Source: Trichosphaerium sp. ATCC 40318 (Eukaryota; Protista; Tubulinea). Taken from it: a stretch of 64,000 nucleotides of DNA. Positions 36,818 through 49,744 of the stretch are shown here, piece after piece. Numbering within the stretch: position 1 is the first letter of the stretch; every line of letters starts with the position of its first letter. The position numbers and the translations under genes were made by a program. The stretch is taken from the NCBI GenBank assembly GCA_038496445.1, contig JALMLS010000556.1, positions 186,001-250,000 of the forward strand. The letters run 5' to 3'. The notes below the pieces were generated by a model. The model ran no database searches, was not told the DNA's origin, and saw only the letters and a list, made by a program, of their open reading frames with translations.

Positions 36818-38123
36818 ATGTACAAGACAGTTATCGCTCTCATTTTGGCCTTTGTAGGCACATACTATTGTCAGAGACCTCCTGGATTTATTCACGCTGA
36901 CCCTCCTATCCTTGGGGATTTTAGCGACATACTTACAGTTAGTACAGATCCATCACAAAGTACGTAACCTTACACCAACCACAAAACACTTCATGTTTTA
37001 CTATCCATCTAGAGCGAAAACACTCCATATCGTTGTTTTGTCTCACGTCTTATCCATGTGATCTAAGGTTTTTTAGCACCTGAACTGTTCAATGTTCGAT
37101 TCACAGATCTGACGCAGGTTACTGACACATCTATATCTACTGCACTAAGTACGTAGTACAATCCCAAAGAAAAAACCACAATAAATCTGAGCAGATTTGA
37201 CTTAAAATAACTGTTTTTGTAGTACCTGCTCTGGATGGTTCTCTTTTAGTGTTATTCCAAGGGGAAGAGTATATTGTAAAGACAGAAAGTGATGTTGAGA
37301 TATGTAGAGGAAATAATGGAATGGACAGAACTGCTTCTTATAAGGGCGGGAATTTTATTTCAGAAAACACGTTTTTCATATTCAGGACAGATATACAGCA
37401 GTTTATGGAGTACACTTTTGATCCATCTTCGCCTGATTGTATTCCGGCACCTTTACCATCATGCACTGTATCAACACGGATTTTAGAATGTAAGTAGGAG
37501 GATCACAGTCAGAAAGGTGGTGTCAGAAAATGTTAAATTTCTGAGATATTTATACCTGTAAAGACTTACGCGTATGTACACTTAGCAACATACTAACTTT
37601 ACCTAGTTGTCATTGATGGAGATTCGGTTTACTTGTTATCAAGCAATATTATTTTTACATTAATTACTCAATTGCCTACCTCAACATTTGCTTCTGGAGC
37701 ACCATGTGAATTTGCGGTCACAGAATTTCTTGCTGCACAGTTGCCGTTCAATACTAGAGAATTAGAAGTATTAGATGATGATAGACTCATATCTGTCTCT
37801 GGTAATTCTGCCTTACAGATATTCAAAGCAACAGGTAATTACACATTGCATAAAGAAAATTCATCCAAGGCTAATAAGTTTCTTTATTTAACTAGGCGGC
37901 GCAAGTATGTATGGAACAAGTTTTGCTACACCGTTCTCTTACTATCCTGGGTTTACTCCACCAACTGGACCAACGTGTGTTTCACGGTAAGACAGAGATC
38001 TTTCTTTTCTTTTTTTTTTCTGAGTTCTTTCGTAACTAAACAAGATCATCTTGTTGAAACCTGTTATTTAGGAAACGATCAATACATTCTGATGAAGAAA
38101 GAATACAGCTTTTACACCGTTAA
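36818..38123 (+). CDS. Secreted protein family, copy 3 (6 exons, intact)
   Basis: MYKTVIALILAFVGTYYCQRPPGFIH..VKTESDVEICRGNNG..ENTFFIF..EYTFDPSS..; ends CVSRKRSIHSDEERIQLLHR*. Confidence 0.87.
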
Positions 38124-38525
38124 TTCCCATGTTTATGCGCTAAATAAAGCACCCTATAAATCATTTGTTTTTTTAGTTGGTGTTCAACAAACACCGTCCG
38201 TTTAGCGTCTTTCATTTGATACATTGACCACACAGTACTTTTTACGTGATGTACTGTAACTACCAGAACAGTGAGTTTCACGATAACAGTGAGTTTTACA
38301 ATAATTGTTTTTAGCACTTTTACGTTCACTGAATTATGCGTTGGATATCTGCTGAAATTGCTGATCGCTTTTATAAGAACTAGACCGCTTATCCACATAT
38401 TATGGAAAATATTTTAAACGAAGTAAAAGATAATAATACGTTTACCATAAACATCAAAAAACTGATAAGTCCTAATACAAAATTCATTATCCAGCAAACA
38501 ACCAGCATCAAACAACACAAGAATA

Positions 38526-38977
38526 ATGACAACTGTAGGAGAGAAAGTTAGATACGGTATGAGAATAGCAAGTAATGCAGATCTTAAAGCAATACTTGCC
38601 CACTTTAAGAAGGCTTGGAAACCACAACAAATTCAGTTTACAAAGAACGCTCTCGAACAACAAAAAGTTTGTCTTTCCGCTAAACAATGTGACAGTACGT
38701 TTGTGCAAACAAAAAAAATTATAGATTGCTGAGTAAAGTATGCTGAGGTCTGAACTGAAGCATCAGTTCTTTTGATAGCTCATTTTGTTGACACTGAGCT
38801 ATTTTTTTTAATATTCTGTCTGTAGCTATTGTACGAGCAGCATGGTCAGACAATCAATGTGGGGTAGCCAGAAATTGTGCCAAATACTGCTATGAAGGTA
38901 AACGGGCCTTTGAAAGTGCAATGAAGAGCGCAATGTGGTCGACAGAGTTTAGGAAACTTCAGCCGGAGTTGGAATAA
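38526..38977 (+). CDS. Small hypothetical protein (about 107 aa, 1 intron)
   Basis: MTTVGEKVRYG..AKQCD, spliced (gtacgt..tgtag) to AIVRAAWSDNQCGVARNCAKYCYEG..QPELE*, with AATAAA downstream. Confidence 0.6.
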
Positions 38978-39332
38978 ATTCACCACTTGATGTGTAGCTA
39001 TTTTTATCGTAAACATATTCAATAAAAGAAATTATATCAACACCTTATCTTTGCTTCTGCTGTTCTAATAGGGTCTACAAAGGAAACTGCCTGTTGATGT
39101 GTTTAGTAACTGTCGGTAACGCTTATTTTGGAATTGCCCCGAAAAGCGGTAGTTTTAGCATTGCGGCGCTTTCTAGGTTTTAAATCGTACACTGGAAGCG
39201 CGATTTACTATCTCCATCGACGCTATGAGAGATTTGGTATCAAGCCGAAAACTGATTGATAACCAACAGAATCAATGTGATAGTTAAGGCAACGTAAGTT
39301 GTCTTTTTACAATAAAAAAACTCTACAATCTA

Positions 39333-39771
39333 ATGGAAAGCAGCCCTTCATTTATGATTACTTCTCTAATGATGGGAGTTGCTACTGCAACTCTTGTACT
39401 TGAAGAATTCGAACAAAAAATGACAAACGATAATAACAACGATATTAATACAACTGAAACCATACAACAGTTCGTGGACGAATACAACAACGATTTGAGT
39501 AGCGAAAGAATGTGCGCAGAAATAAAAATCAATCAAATTATTTAATTCTTTACTTAATACCATTCCTGTAGATTACCACAAGAATATGATGATCTCTTTG
39601 ATAGTTTTATTGGAAACCAAAGAACTTGTAAATTCAATAAATCAATCTAAAATGACATACATCTGTCAAACTACTTCAAAATTCCAGCTTGGTTTTTTTT
39701 CTTTGTTTTTTTACGTCCGAGCTTCACAATCACTCAACTCGGCATTAAAAAGAATTAACAAACTGACTTGA
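39333..39771 (+). CDS. Possible small hypothetical protein split by one frameshift
   Basis: Two adjacent ORFs join into about 145 aa if one base is added near 39540; no motif recognised. Confidence 0.3.
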
Positions 39772-39865
39772 GTCATGGTATTTTGGTTTTACAATTGTTT
39801 ATTATTGGGGTTCATTTAATGGGAGTAGGGGGCAACAGGTTAAGGAAGAGTTTAGAGATCCTTCT

Positions 39866-42275
39866 TCAGTCTTTTTTCTTTGGTCTTATTTTTAACGAAT
39901 TAAAATATGGGTGTTTTAGTGCTTGAACTGCCTTGATACGGCTATTTGGATCATATACCATTAATTTCTGTTGAAAAAAATATCAGTAAAGGCGTTGAAA
40001 ATAACAACGATTGATCAATTTGTACAAACAATTCAAATACATTGTAAAGTCTGGTTTTTAGCTGTAGAAAAAATAGATGTCATGAACGTAACGTTCAATA
40101 ATTAGTTTAATATAAGCATAGTCACACGCCTTAAAATTGATTTTTTTGAAACAGTTTGAAAGCGAAACAAATAGGGCAAAAAAGGGAAAAAAATAAGAAA
40201 AATAATTAAAGAAAATACCTGTATTAAATCATAGCCATCCTCTGATAGGTGTGTAACGAGTTGCCTGTACCCAAGTCCCTTGTACGTTGGAAAATCGTCA
40301 GACCACAATGGGAGTGTTCTGGCAGCAGGGTAGTACGTTTCAGTCGGTGTACCAAGTCCCTAAAAAATAAGGATAAGCATAATCCACAAAAAAAGTAAAA
40401 GTAGTTTCTTGTTGTTAACTGTCTCCACAATACCTTAAAAATACGTTGTAATTGATCTTCGGCTGAAGATCCTGGGAATAGAGGCCTGCCTACAGCCATT
40501 TCTATGATAGAAAATTAATCAAACTAGTAAAATGGCAAAAATAAAAAGGCGCTTCGGTTTTTTTGGGTTTTTGTGTTAATACTTTATTTCTCGTAAACCT
40601 GAGCGCCCACAGATGGTAAAAAGGTGTTTAAAAACAAATTGACGCCGTTTATAAAATTATTGTAGAAATACAAGGTGAAATTATGATTAAAAAAGACAGG
40701 AAAAAAATCTTACCTCCAAAAATGCAACCTGAAGACCAAATGTCAATTTCGGTGCTATAATTTTTCGAGCCTAATAATACATCTGGGGGACGATACCACA
40801 GTGTCACCACCTCGTTAGAGTAACCACGAACAGGTATACCAAAGGTCCTAAAGATAGATTAGTACTTTAAAGCATTACTAAACAAAAAAAATTGCTCTTT
40901 TTCTACTGGAAAAAAAACAGCGAAAGCTGCACTACGCTCACTGAAAAGCGTAGTAAAACTTTTCCCTTAAATTACCAAATGTATACAACAGGCGTGTATC
41001 ACTGCTCGGTAAAGTTTTTTTGAAGAACAATTTGGAAATTTCGTTACCTTGCTAGACCAAAATCAGCGAGCTTCAATTCTCCCTTTTTACTAATAAGAAG
41101 ATCTAAAAAAAAAATTGTTAACACCAAGGCAAAGAACGTTATTATAATTTCGAAAAAAAAAAAAAAAAAGTCAAATTTTTTGGATTATACTCACTTTGAG
41201 GCTTCAAGTCGCGATGTAGAATACGTTTATCATGTACAAACGCAATACCTTTAAGTAACTGATATAGGAAAGACTAAAAAGGAATAAGTTAAATGGCTCA
41301 AAGGTTCAAAAAAAAAAAATCACCAAAAAAAAAAAAGTTGGAATTGTACAAACTACTCCCTCTTGACACTCCCACATGGCGTCAAGTTATCATTAATAAT
41401 AGGTTATATTTGTATTATTAAGAAAACAGACGCGGAACGGAGATTAAGATGACGTAAACACGTAACTCCCAGCTTGAAGAGAAAAAAAGCGTTGAATAAT
41501 AAAAAAAGCTTTCGTGGAGTTTTTAGGCGTTATATATTACCTTCATTAACTCAGGCGATACTGCTCCACCATGATCGTCCATATATTTTTTTAAATCTTG
41601 GTCTAAGTACTCAAATACTAACGTCAAGCGTTTTACTTCGTGAACTACGTCAAACAAGCTAATGTAGAAGGTCAAATGTCAAAATTTCTGTTTTGATTTT
41701 TGTTTTGGCATGGGAAACGGTAAAATACGCACCGAACAACATTTGGGTGATTTAACTCCTTCAGTATTGTGATTTCCCGTATAGTTGTACTTGGCACGCC
41801 TTCTTCATCAGACTCGAGGCGGATCTGCTTTAAAGCAACAACTTGGCCCGTGGTTTGTAAAAAATGAGTCAGTATGGCATAAAAATATAAAACGACGTTC
41901 TGTACTAGCTTTTGAGGTGAAAAAAAAACGTTTTGCGGTGTGTAATAGCGCCACAATCAAAATTGTAACAAAATACGTTCGCCACAACGAAAAAAAGAGA
42001 AATCAGCTGTTTTGGTCTCAAATAAGGTAAATACCGCGCAATTACTTCGACAAGGTTAACGGGTGTATTAAAAATCGGGTTTAAAAAAGATTTAGAAGTG
42101 GCGACCGCGCTACAGAAAAACCGCTTATTGGTTTGAAAATACGACACACGCAAGGTAATTTTGCTATTTACAGAAATCGAAAATATTGGAGGGTGGATAA
42201 CGTATTATGTTTGGCTTTGTAGACAATCCCATATGTACCCTCTCCGAGTCTATCGGTTCTGGTGTACTTGTCCAT
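39866..42275 (-). CDS. CDK5: Cyclin-dependent kinase, CDK5/Pho85-like, 9 exons
   Basis: [86 protein letters not shown]. Confidence 0.9.
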
Positions 42276-42535
42276 GTCACTGTAACTTACAGACAGCTGT
42301 GAAAAAAGCGCTGTTGAGTCAAGAATGTTCCCAAGTTTTTTTGTAACCTTTTTTTGATGCAATGATCAATATTACTTCAGGTTTTGGTTGTGTTGCAATC
42401 AAGCGCGTTTTTTTACTTTTACGTTTTCATTGCAATGTTTACAGAATACAAAATTAATGCAAAGTTGACATGTCGTTGATAGTGATTTTTCTTTAAGAGA
42501 GGTGGTTTAATTCCATCCACTTTGCGCTGTTGTCA

Positions 42536-43027
42536 TTAACTTCTTGGTGCAGGATCGTCTCTCGTTGGGTAGCCCTCCATTGCGTCGTTGTAATACTAGA
42601 ATTAAGTGAGTTACGTATTAATACATGGCGCAGGTATGTGAAATCAAGTGTCTACAGTGTAGTGCGACTGTTAAATCAAAAACCGCTCAAATTATTAACA
42701 ATTGTATTACTGATGCAGATTCTGCGTACCATTTCGTTTCTGAACACCATGAGGAGAATACTAAGCGTTGTGAGCTACAGTATAAATATAATTAACTTAC
42801 GGTGGTGGTATGAGAAACATAGCGCCTAGTAGCGCAATCTCGGACCATGTTGGATTGAAGAAAGGCTCACAATTATTCCTGTACCACATACTTTCTTCTA
42901 TGCCACGATGAGGGTTAAAGCCCAATTTCTGTGTTGGTCTAGACATCGAAAAAAAGCGTCTTTGTTGATATAAGGCAAAACGCCTAACGACAGCGCGTTG
43001 GGCAGTTTGTGCGAGCAGGTTACTCAT
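42536..43027 (-). CDS. Small mitochondrial single-TM protein, NDUFB4 (complex I B15)-like, 3 exons
   Basis: Arg-rich, acid-free presequence; RGIEESMWYRNNCEPFFNPTWSEIALLG resembles the IEEW..RENLE.NFR.T..N.AL pattern of plant B15; a TM segment follows. Confidence 0.55.
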
Positions 43028-43157
43028 CCGTTGTTTTGGTCGCTCACTACAATTTGACTTTTGCTGATTTTTAGGTTGGCACTAATTTCTACAGCAGTAA
43101 TTGTAAATGCTTCCAACATGACGTTATTACTTCAAGGCTAAAATATAAAGGAGAGCA

Positions 43158-46100
43158 ATGGCGGAACGTCATTTTAGCGTAACTGACGATGATGTTGAGG
43201 GTGAAAAGGCAAGGGAGCGCGTCAAAGATGCTTTAAGACGAAAATCAAAAGGTATTGTTGGCAGGGACAAAATTGAACGCGAAAACGGCCACATTGGAAA
43301 GAAGAAAGCACGGTCTCGTAACACTGGGTGAGTATGGTTGTACTGTCTTGAATGGGCAATAGTATACTCAGTACAAAATACAAGTTACAATTTTACTCAT
43401 CTTTATGATCTAGTTCGTCCAAAGCAAGTACAAAGAACTGTTTAAACCTATTATGGGAACGGCGGGAGTTGTTGACTGTATTTCGCGAACATCTTTATCA
43501 CGTTGGAAACGCATTTAACCTCCGATTCTATCTTGAGTGCAGTGAGTCACAAAAACAATAGGTTTTGATCTTTTTTTTTACATTTTTTACCTCTTTTTGG
43601 TAATTTTGTTTTTCGCGACTGCACGCTCTACGATCAGTTAAAAACTGGCTACAATCGCTTCAAAAACTATGTGTACTCATTTTACATACTTACTGATCCA
43701 TTTAAGAGCTATTTGCAAAGGTTGAAGATGTAGAACTTTTAAGCCGTCGAGCACATGAGATTTTTGACGCATATATCAACCCGAGGGGTATGAGAGCTTT
43801 GGATTGTATAACCGATAGTTGTTATAAGGTATGTTGGTATTACTCTTACAAAAAATTATCTATTAAAGGCCGTAACAACTTGTTGTTCACGTGCTATCCA
43901 AATACGAAAAAAAAACCCTTGAAAACCGAAACTTTTCACACCTTTCATAGAAAACTAGTTCCTGTCGTTAACTTTTTTTAACATTCTTCACCGTAGTGTA
44001 TAAACCAAGGATTGTCTTCTATCAATAGACATTTATTTGAACCAGCTTTGGCAGTTGTCATCCAAATCTTACAAAAAGATTTCGAAAAGTTTCGTAAATG
44101 TGAAAAATACCCAAAAGATCTTCCTAATGAAGAAACGTTACCAAATATCAGAAGGATCCGTTCACAAACTATTATGTATTATGAGTATATGCGCAAGATA
44201 AAACGTAGTGAAGAAACGGCAAAGAGTGATCCAGGAATACGCGTTTTATTGTACAACAATCCAATAACAGTGTACGCCAAAACAGATTTTTTTTTCTCGT
44301 TGAAACAGTTCCTAAATCTGACTACTTTGATCAAGGAAAGAGCCAGCCGATGATGATTCTAAACTCACCTTTGAAAAGCTTTTTGAACATAGGGAGCTAA
44401 TGAGAGCATTTGAAGAATTCTTAAAGATATCTTATGCTCAAGAAAATTTGTATTTTATAATTTCTGTTGGTACCTCCCTTTGCAAATCTAAACTCTTAGA
44501 GAACCTTCCTTTTAATACTCAATTAGATTCGTACATGGCCCTTCGAGATCAAGAAGAGCGTACAGCACGAGCACTTGAGATTTTTGAGCAATTTGTTCAC
44601 CCTAGTGCAGCGACACCTATTAACCTCAGCCATGAATCTGTAAAGGTACAAAAAACGTCCTTTGATTTTTATTCAACTTTTATTTCTTTTGCAATGAATC
44701 TTTCACCAGCTATTTGATGGCTTCCAATTCATGAATATTTTCCTGAGTCATGGGTAGCAAACATCTTTTGGTGTAAGATGGGACCCCTCATTGATTGCTT
44801 TCCAAGATTTTTTTATTTGATTTTTTTTTTGTTTTGTGGGCGCTCATTGTTACTAAGTTACTTACTGGATTTTTTTTTATCTAGTTGGTTCAAGAAAAAT
44901 TAGAGAATCCAGCAGAGATAATTTTCGAAGAAGCTAGAGATATTGTTATGAATTATTTAAAGAATGACTACTTTCCTGATTTTAAAATGTCAGAGAACTG
45001 TCCAAAGTGGCCATTACCACAAAAACGTAAAGAGGAAAAAACGATAGAGTTATATGATACATTAGTAAAGATTAGGAAGAGTAATAGTTTAAAAAAATCA
45101 AAGAAAGTAAGTCACCATTATTTCTTGTTCACAAAATCTCGTTTTTTTCGCTTTTATTTTTTGTTGTCGTGCGCACTTCTTGTTGAGTTGTATCGTGTTT
45201 ACTCTAACATATGTCCTATCGCTGAGTACTAATATGTTATGCTTTTAGGCACCTCAAATGGAGGATATTTATACCAGTAGAGATTTATTAATGGATTTTC
45301 GAGAGTTTGTTTATTATCGACATTCTCAAGAACATTTACAGTTTGCTCTTGAGTGTGGTAAGTTAAATTCATATTTTTTATTGCAAAGACTTGTCAATGT
45401 TTACAGTTTACAATTATTTGTATCAACGTCTTCGACACACAATCACGTGTTGAGTAAAAGGCGAAAAAAAAAAGAAGTTTCGGACGACAGTACTTACCGG
45501 ACGTTGTAGAAATATACAGACGTACAAATGATCCAAAGGAGCGTGTTATACGAGCGGAACAAATATATTCACGATTTTGTCAACCTGATGGTAAAGATGC
45601 TGTAAATATTGATGAAATGTTGGTAGAGGTATAATTTGATTCATTTTTTTTTTTGTAGTCTCGTTTACTTGTCTTCTCTGTAACACATGTAAACCTTGAT
45701 TTGCTTTATTTAACATATTACAATAGATGATAGAGGAAAAAATGAAGGGAAGAAACTTACCTAAGGACTTGTTTCATGACGCTAGTGAAGCAGTACGTTT
45801 TTACGAAAACTGCAATCTTTTCTTTTTATGCTGATGCTAAACTTTGTACCGATACTTAATATCTTATTGATGTAGGTTATGGTTATTCTACAACACCAAT
45901 TATGGCCTCAATTCCTTCGTTCGGAAATGTACTCACCGCCAAAGAAGAAGAAGGATAAGAAAGTACCTGCTAAGCTTTCAAGACGTAACACAATAAAAAA
46001 TTATGAAGAACTTCGTGCCCGCCTAAAGGTGGAAGAAAGGACTGCTCCACCAACATGGGATGCAATCTGGAGTGAAAGAGATCTGATGTTATCATTCTGC

Positions 46101-46710
46101 AGTTTCTTACATGAGAAGAAAGCGGAGAATAGGATTCGTTTTGTACTACATGCAGGTAATAGCAAATTTTTGAAGTGACAACTTTATTGCCTTTACGGAG
46201 ACATGTCAACCTTTGTTTTAGAGCTGTTCACTGAGGAATCGAATGATGAAAAGAGGAAAGAAAAGGGTCACTTTCTTTATAAAGAGTACATAAAACCTAA
46301 CTCAGTAATGCATGTGCCGTTCACAAGTGAATGTGTCAAGGTAACCCAATTTTTTTGAAAAGTCCATGCCCGAAGAACTCCCCGAAAAACCCTCCAGAGT
46401 GCACTATCCCTCAGGCTTTAAACTTCCCTGTACTGCCTATTTATTTACGGGGTAATTCATTGTGCATGCTTCTAGAGGAGTTTAGATTTCCGTCGAAACT
46501 CTGAAGCAAAATGTGTTTTGATTCAATTTCAATTCAATACCAAAATAATCTTCTTGACACTTTTGTTAGTGGATACGCGGAAATGTTGCTCTTGCGAACA
46601 AGTCCTTGTTCAACGAGGCTTTATTTCAGGCATGGTATTATCTAAAGAATGAGTATTGGCCGGAGTTCATAGCCATGGGGTCGTGGAGTCATGGACAAGC
46701 GAGTAAATAG
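43158..46710 (+). CDS. Protein with four tandem RGS domains
   Basis: Four repeats of the RGS core: LLTVFREHL..NAFNLRFYLE; LMRAFEEFLKISYAQENLYF..IFEQFVHPSAATPINL; LLMDFREFV..SQEHLQFALE..IYSRFCQPDGKDAVNI; LMLSFCSFL..AENRIRF..LYKEYIKPNS..FNEA..LKNEYWPEF. Confidence 0.87.
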
Positions 46711-47390
46711 TTTTTTTCTTTGCGAATCTCAAAAAAAAAAGACGAAGAAATCATGTAGCGTATTGAAGTTATTTCAACTTGTATTGTATACCTCTATCGC
46801 TATTTCGCGCAAAGAAACATTGTAGATCTTGTAGTTTTAACATAAAAAAGAAATTGAATCACTATGCTCGCGAGCAAAAGGTCTCATTTGATTTACGAGG
46901 TAGTTAATTGAAACGGAAAGGTTTGTCCGATTTAGACGCATACTTTGGGTCTGAAGGGTATCAATTATGGTAAATGTGCTGCTTGTTGTCATAAAACGCG
47001 TATTGAGAGGTTTTTTGGACAGTACACAGTGATTTGATTGCTTAAAGATTGAAAGTTGCATTAAAGCCGAAAAGAGTCTTTAACGTCGCAACGAACTGGC
47101 ACTATACTTGAAAATATCGCGGTAGTACGTTTTGCGATCCGAGAAAGGACATTCAAGGGTTTTGTAAAAAAGGATTCAAGCAAAACTGCACTGCTGTACT
47201 AATCGATAAAGGAGTATATAGAGTATGGTGTTATCGTTAGCAATACATTTCATCTCCGTGTGACTTAAAATAACTTCCCTGGGACGGAGTTTTTTGGGAT
47301 TATATTTTCGTATTTTTTTGATTTACGCAAGCAGCAAAACTCAACTCTAAAGTTAACTCCCTTTTGCATCATAATCAATATATTAATAGT

Positions 47391-49348
47391 ATGAGCGGAC
47401 CAGAAGCAAACGTACGCAGTATGATATTATTTACAGCAGTATTAATTGTTTTAAAGCCAATAAGACCTCTATGTGTATGGAAGTTAAAGGCGGCAATAAA
47501 GAGACTCATACTCGATGGTTCTCTTCTTATTTCAACAAGCGCTAATGATAAAATACGCGTATGGTCTATAAACCCATTGACTGGACATATAACGCCCGAA
47601 AAGACTTTCAAGGTATGGATAATCTATTTTTTGTAGTTTTTTCAATGTTTAACGAATTGTAGGGCCACAAGGGCACACCAACTAAATTAGTGATTCACAA
47701 GAGCATACTACTTGCACTAAGCTCCCACGACAGTACTCTTAGATCTTGGAATCTTCAAGTACGTCCAAAAAACGCTTTTTATTGCAATTTTTTTTTAATT
47801 CCTAAATCGTCATTTGTCGGCCGATTTTTTTGCATCTCGCGTTCAAAGCTAATAAAACCATACAGACACTTGAACCTCATAAGAACTTTGAAGGTCATGA
47901 ACAACATTTATCTGACCTTGCAGTTTGTGAGAAAGAGGATATTATGTACACTTCTAGTTTCGATAATACAATACGTTCATGGAATATAATGGTACCTAAA
48001 ATTGTTATTGTTTCTATTAATTGCTTTTTTTTTTTTGGATACGATATCCATGCTCATTATGTTACCGTTTTTGGAAAAACTGAAAAACTGTTTTGTAGTC
48101 CTGGTCAAAAAATAGTTTCTAACTTACTTTAGAAAGGAGGTAAAGCGTTGAATGTATTCAAAGGACATTCAGATAGCGTCACTTGTGTTAGAGTAAAAGG
48201 AAAACACTTATTTTCGGCATCTGTACGTATTGCTTCCTTTTGATACAATATTTCGAAATTATTGTTCTCTGTAATGTTATAAACCTCGAAATCTAACTTT
48301 TGTAAACGCGTAGTCGCGTTTCGTGTTTTTTCGCGTTTTTTTTTTGCCAAGGCTCTAATGTTTCTCAAATATAGGCTGATAAGACTGTACGTATTTGGTT
48401 ACGTAAAGGAGGGCAAAATACGAACATTTTGCATGGTCATACGAATTTTGTGTTTGGACTTCATTTGCATTCTGATACTATATTCTCTTATTCCCACGAT
48501 GGCACAGTTAGATTATGGAAAATGAAGGTAAAGAAAATAGTTTTTTCGGACAAAAAATTTCCTTAAAGAGAGTTAATATTACATGACGCTATACAATTGA
48601 TTTCTTCTTTTGTCTGCCTGTTATATTGTTTGCACGTACTAATATATTACATTGTAGACTGGCGAGCTTAAACATACAATTGACGTTGGGTACCCTGTCA
48701 AGTCCATGAAATTACAAAACAAGCAGTTGTTTACCAGTGCGAAGAGTATATTAGAAAGTTGGTCATTAAAAGGCAAAAAGGTATGACCTACGAAACACAT
48801 GTCTAACAATTTTTTTCTTCAGTTTTTTTTTTTGATTATCGTTTACTTAAATTGGCTTTTTTAACCTCTTAAATAGCTTTACACTGTCGAAGGACACTCT
48901 GGTCAAATATTATGTAACACATGGTATGGTAAAAAGTACTTGTTTACAGGTGGTCAAGACCGTACTGTTCGAGCATGGGATTTAGATGTAAGTAACAACT
49001 TTGCACTTTTTATGTTTGCTTTTATATTCAACAAATTATTCGCTTTTTTTCCGCCCCACACCTTGGAGATACTACTCTTACAAGCGAAAAACCCTGTGAC
49101 ATAACGTATTTCTGTGTGGGGCAGAAAAAAAATGGGAGTTGAATAAGAAACTATGTAGAGAATGAAGATATCTTATTTTTTTCTTCTAGAATAAAGGAAA
49201 ACAAATGCTACTATTCCGTGGTCATGAGGGCATGGTTAACGCTTTAGAATTAAAGGATAGATGGGTATTTAGTGGTGGAGAGGATTGTACAATACGACTA
49301 TGGCCAAACCCAATCTTCTCAAAATCAGAGGCAAAAGGATGGGTCTAA
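47391..49348 (+). CDS. WD40-repeat beta-propeller protein
   Basis: Repeated GH..S.D.T(I/V)R.W units, e.g. FEGHEQHL..SSFDNTIRSWN, FKGHSDSV, LHGHTNFV..SHDGTVRLWK, EGHSGQI..GGQDRTVRAWD, FRGHEGMV..GGEDCTIRLW. Confidence 0.92.
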
Positions 49349-49744
49349 TCGGATTTCAACACGATCAATTCGTTTCTTCTTTTTTTTTCATGTCTTTAAA
49401 ACGTAACTGGAAAAGTTAAAATACTTAATGAAGACATCATGATGGAGAGAATTGTACATATATACTCATGAAGTGACTTGTATTTCTACGATAAATAAAC
49501 AACTTTTATGTTAATTGTATGGCGCGTACAACAATTGAGATTAATAGTGATATTTCCCAACTGACGTCAGTTGTTACTTCGACCTACTTCACAGTCGCCT
49601 CAGTATTTTCGGCATCGACTGACTGAGCGACACTACACTTATCACTCTTGTCCTAATTCTCATCAACAATACAACCAAAACAATTGCTATGAAGCTGAGG
49701 TGCGTTTTGCTTTATTTGGTGTTGATGACATAAACACATGAGAA

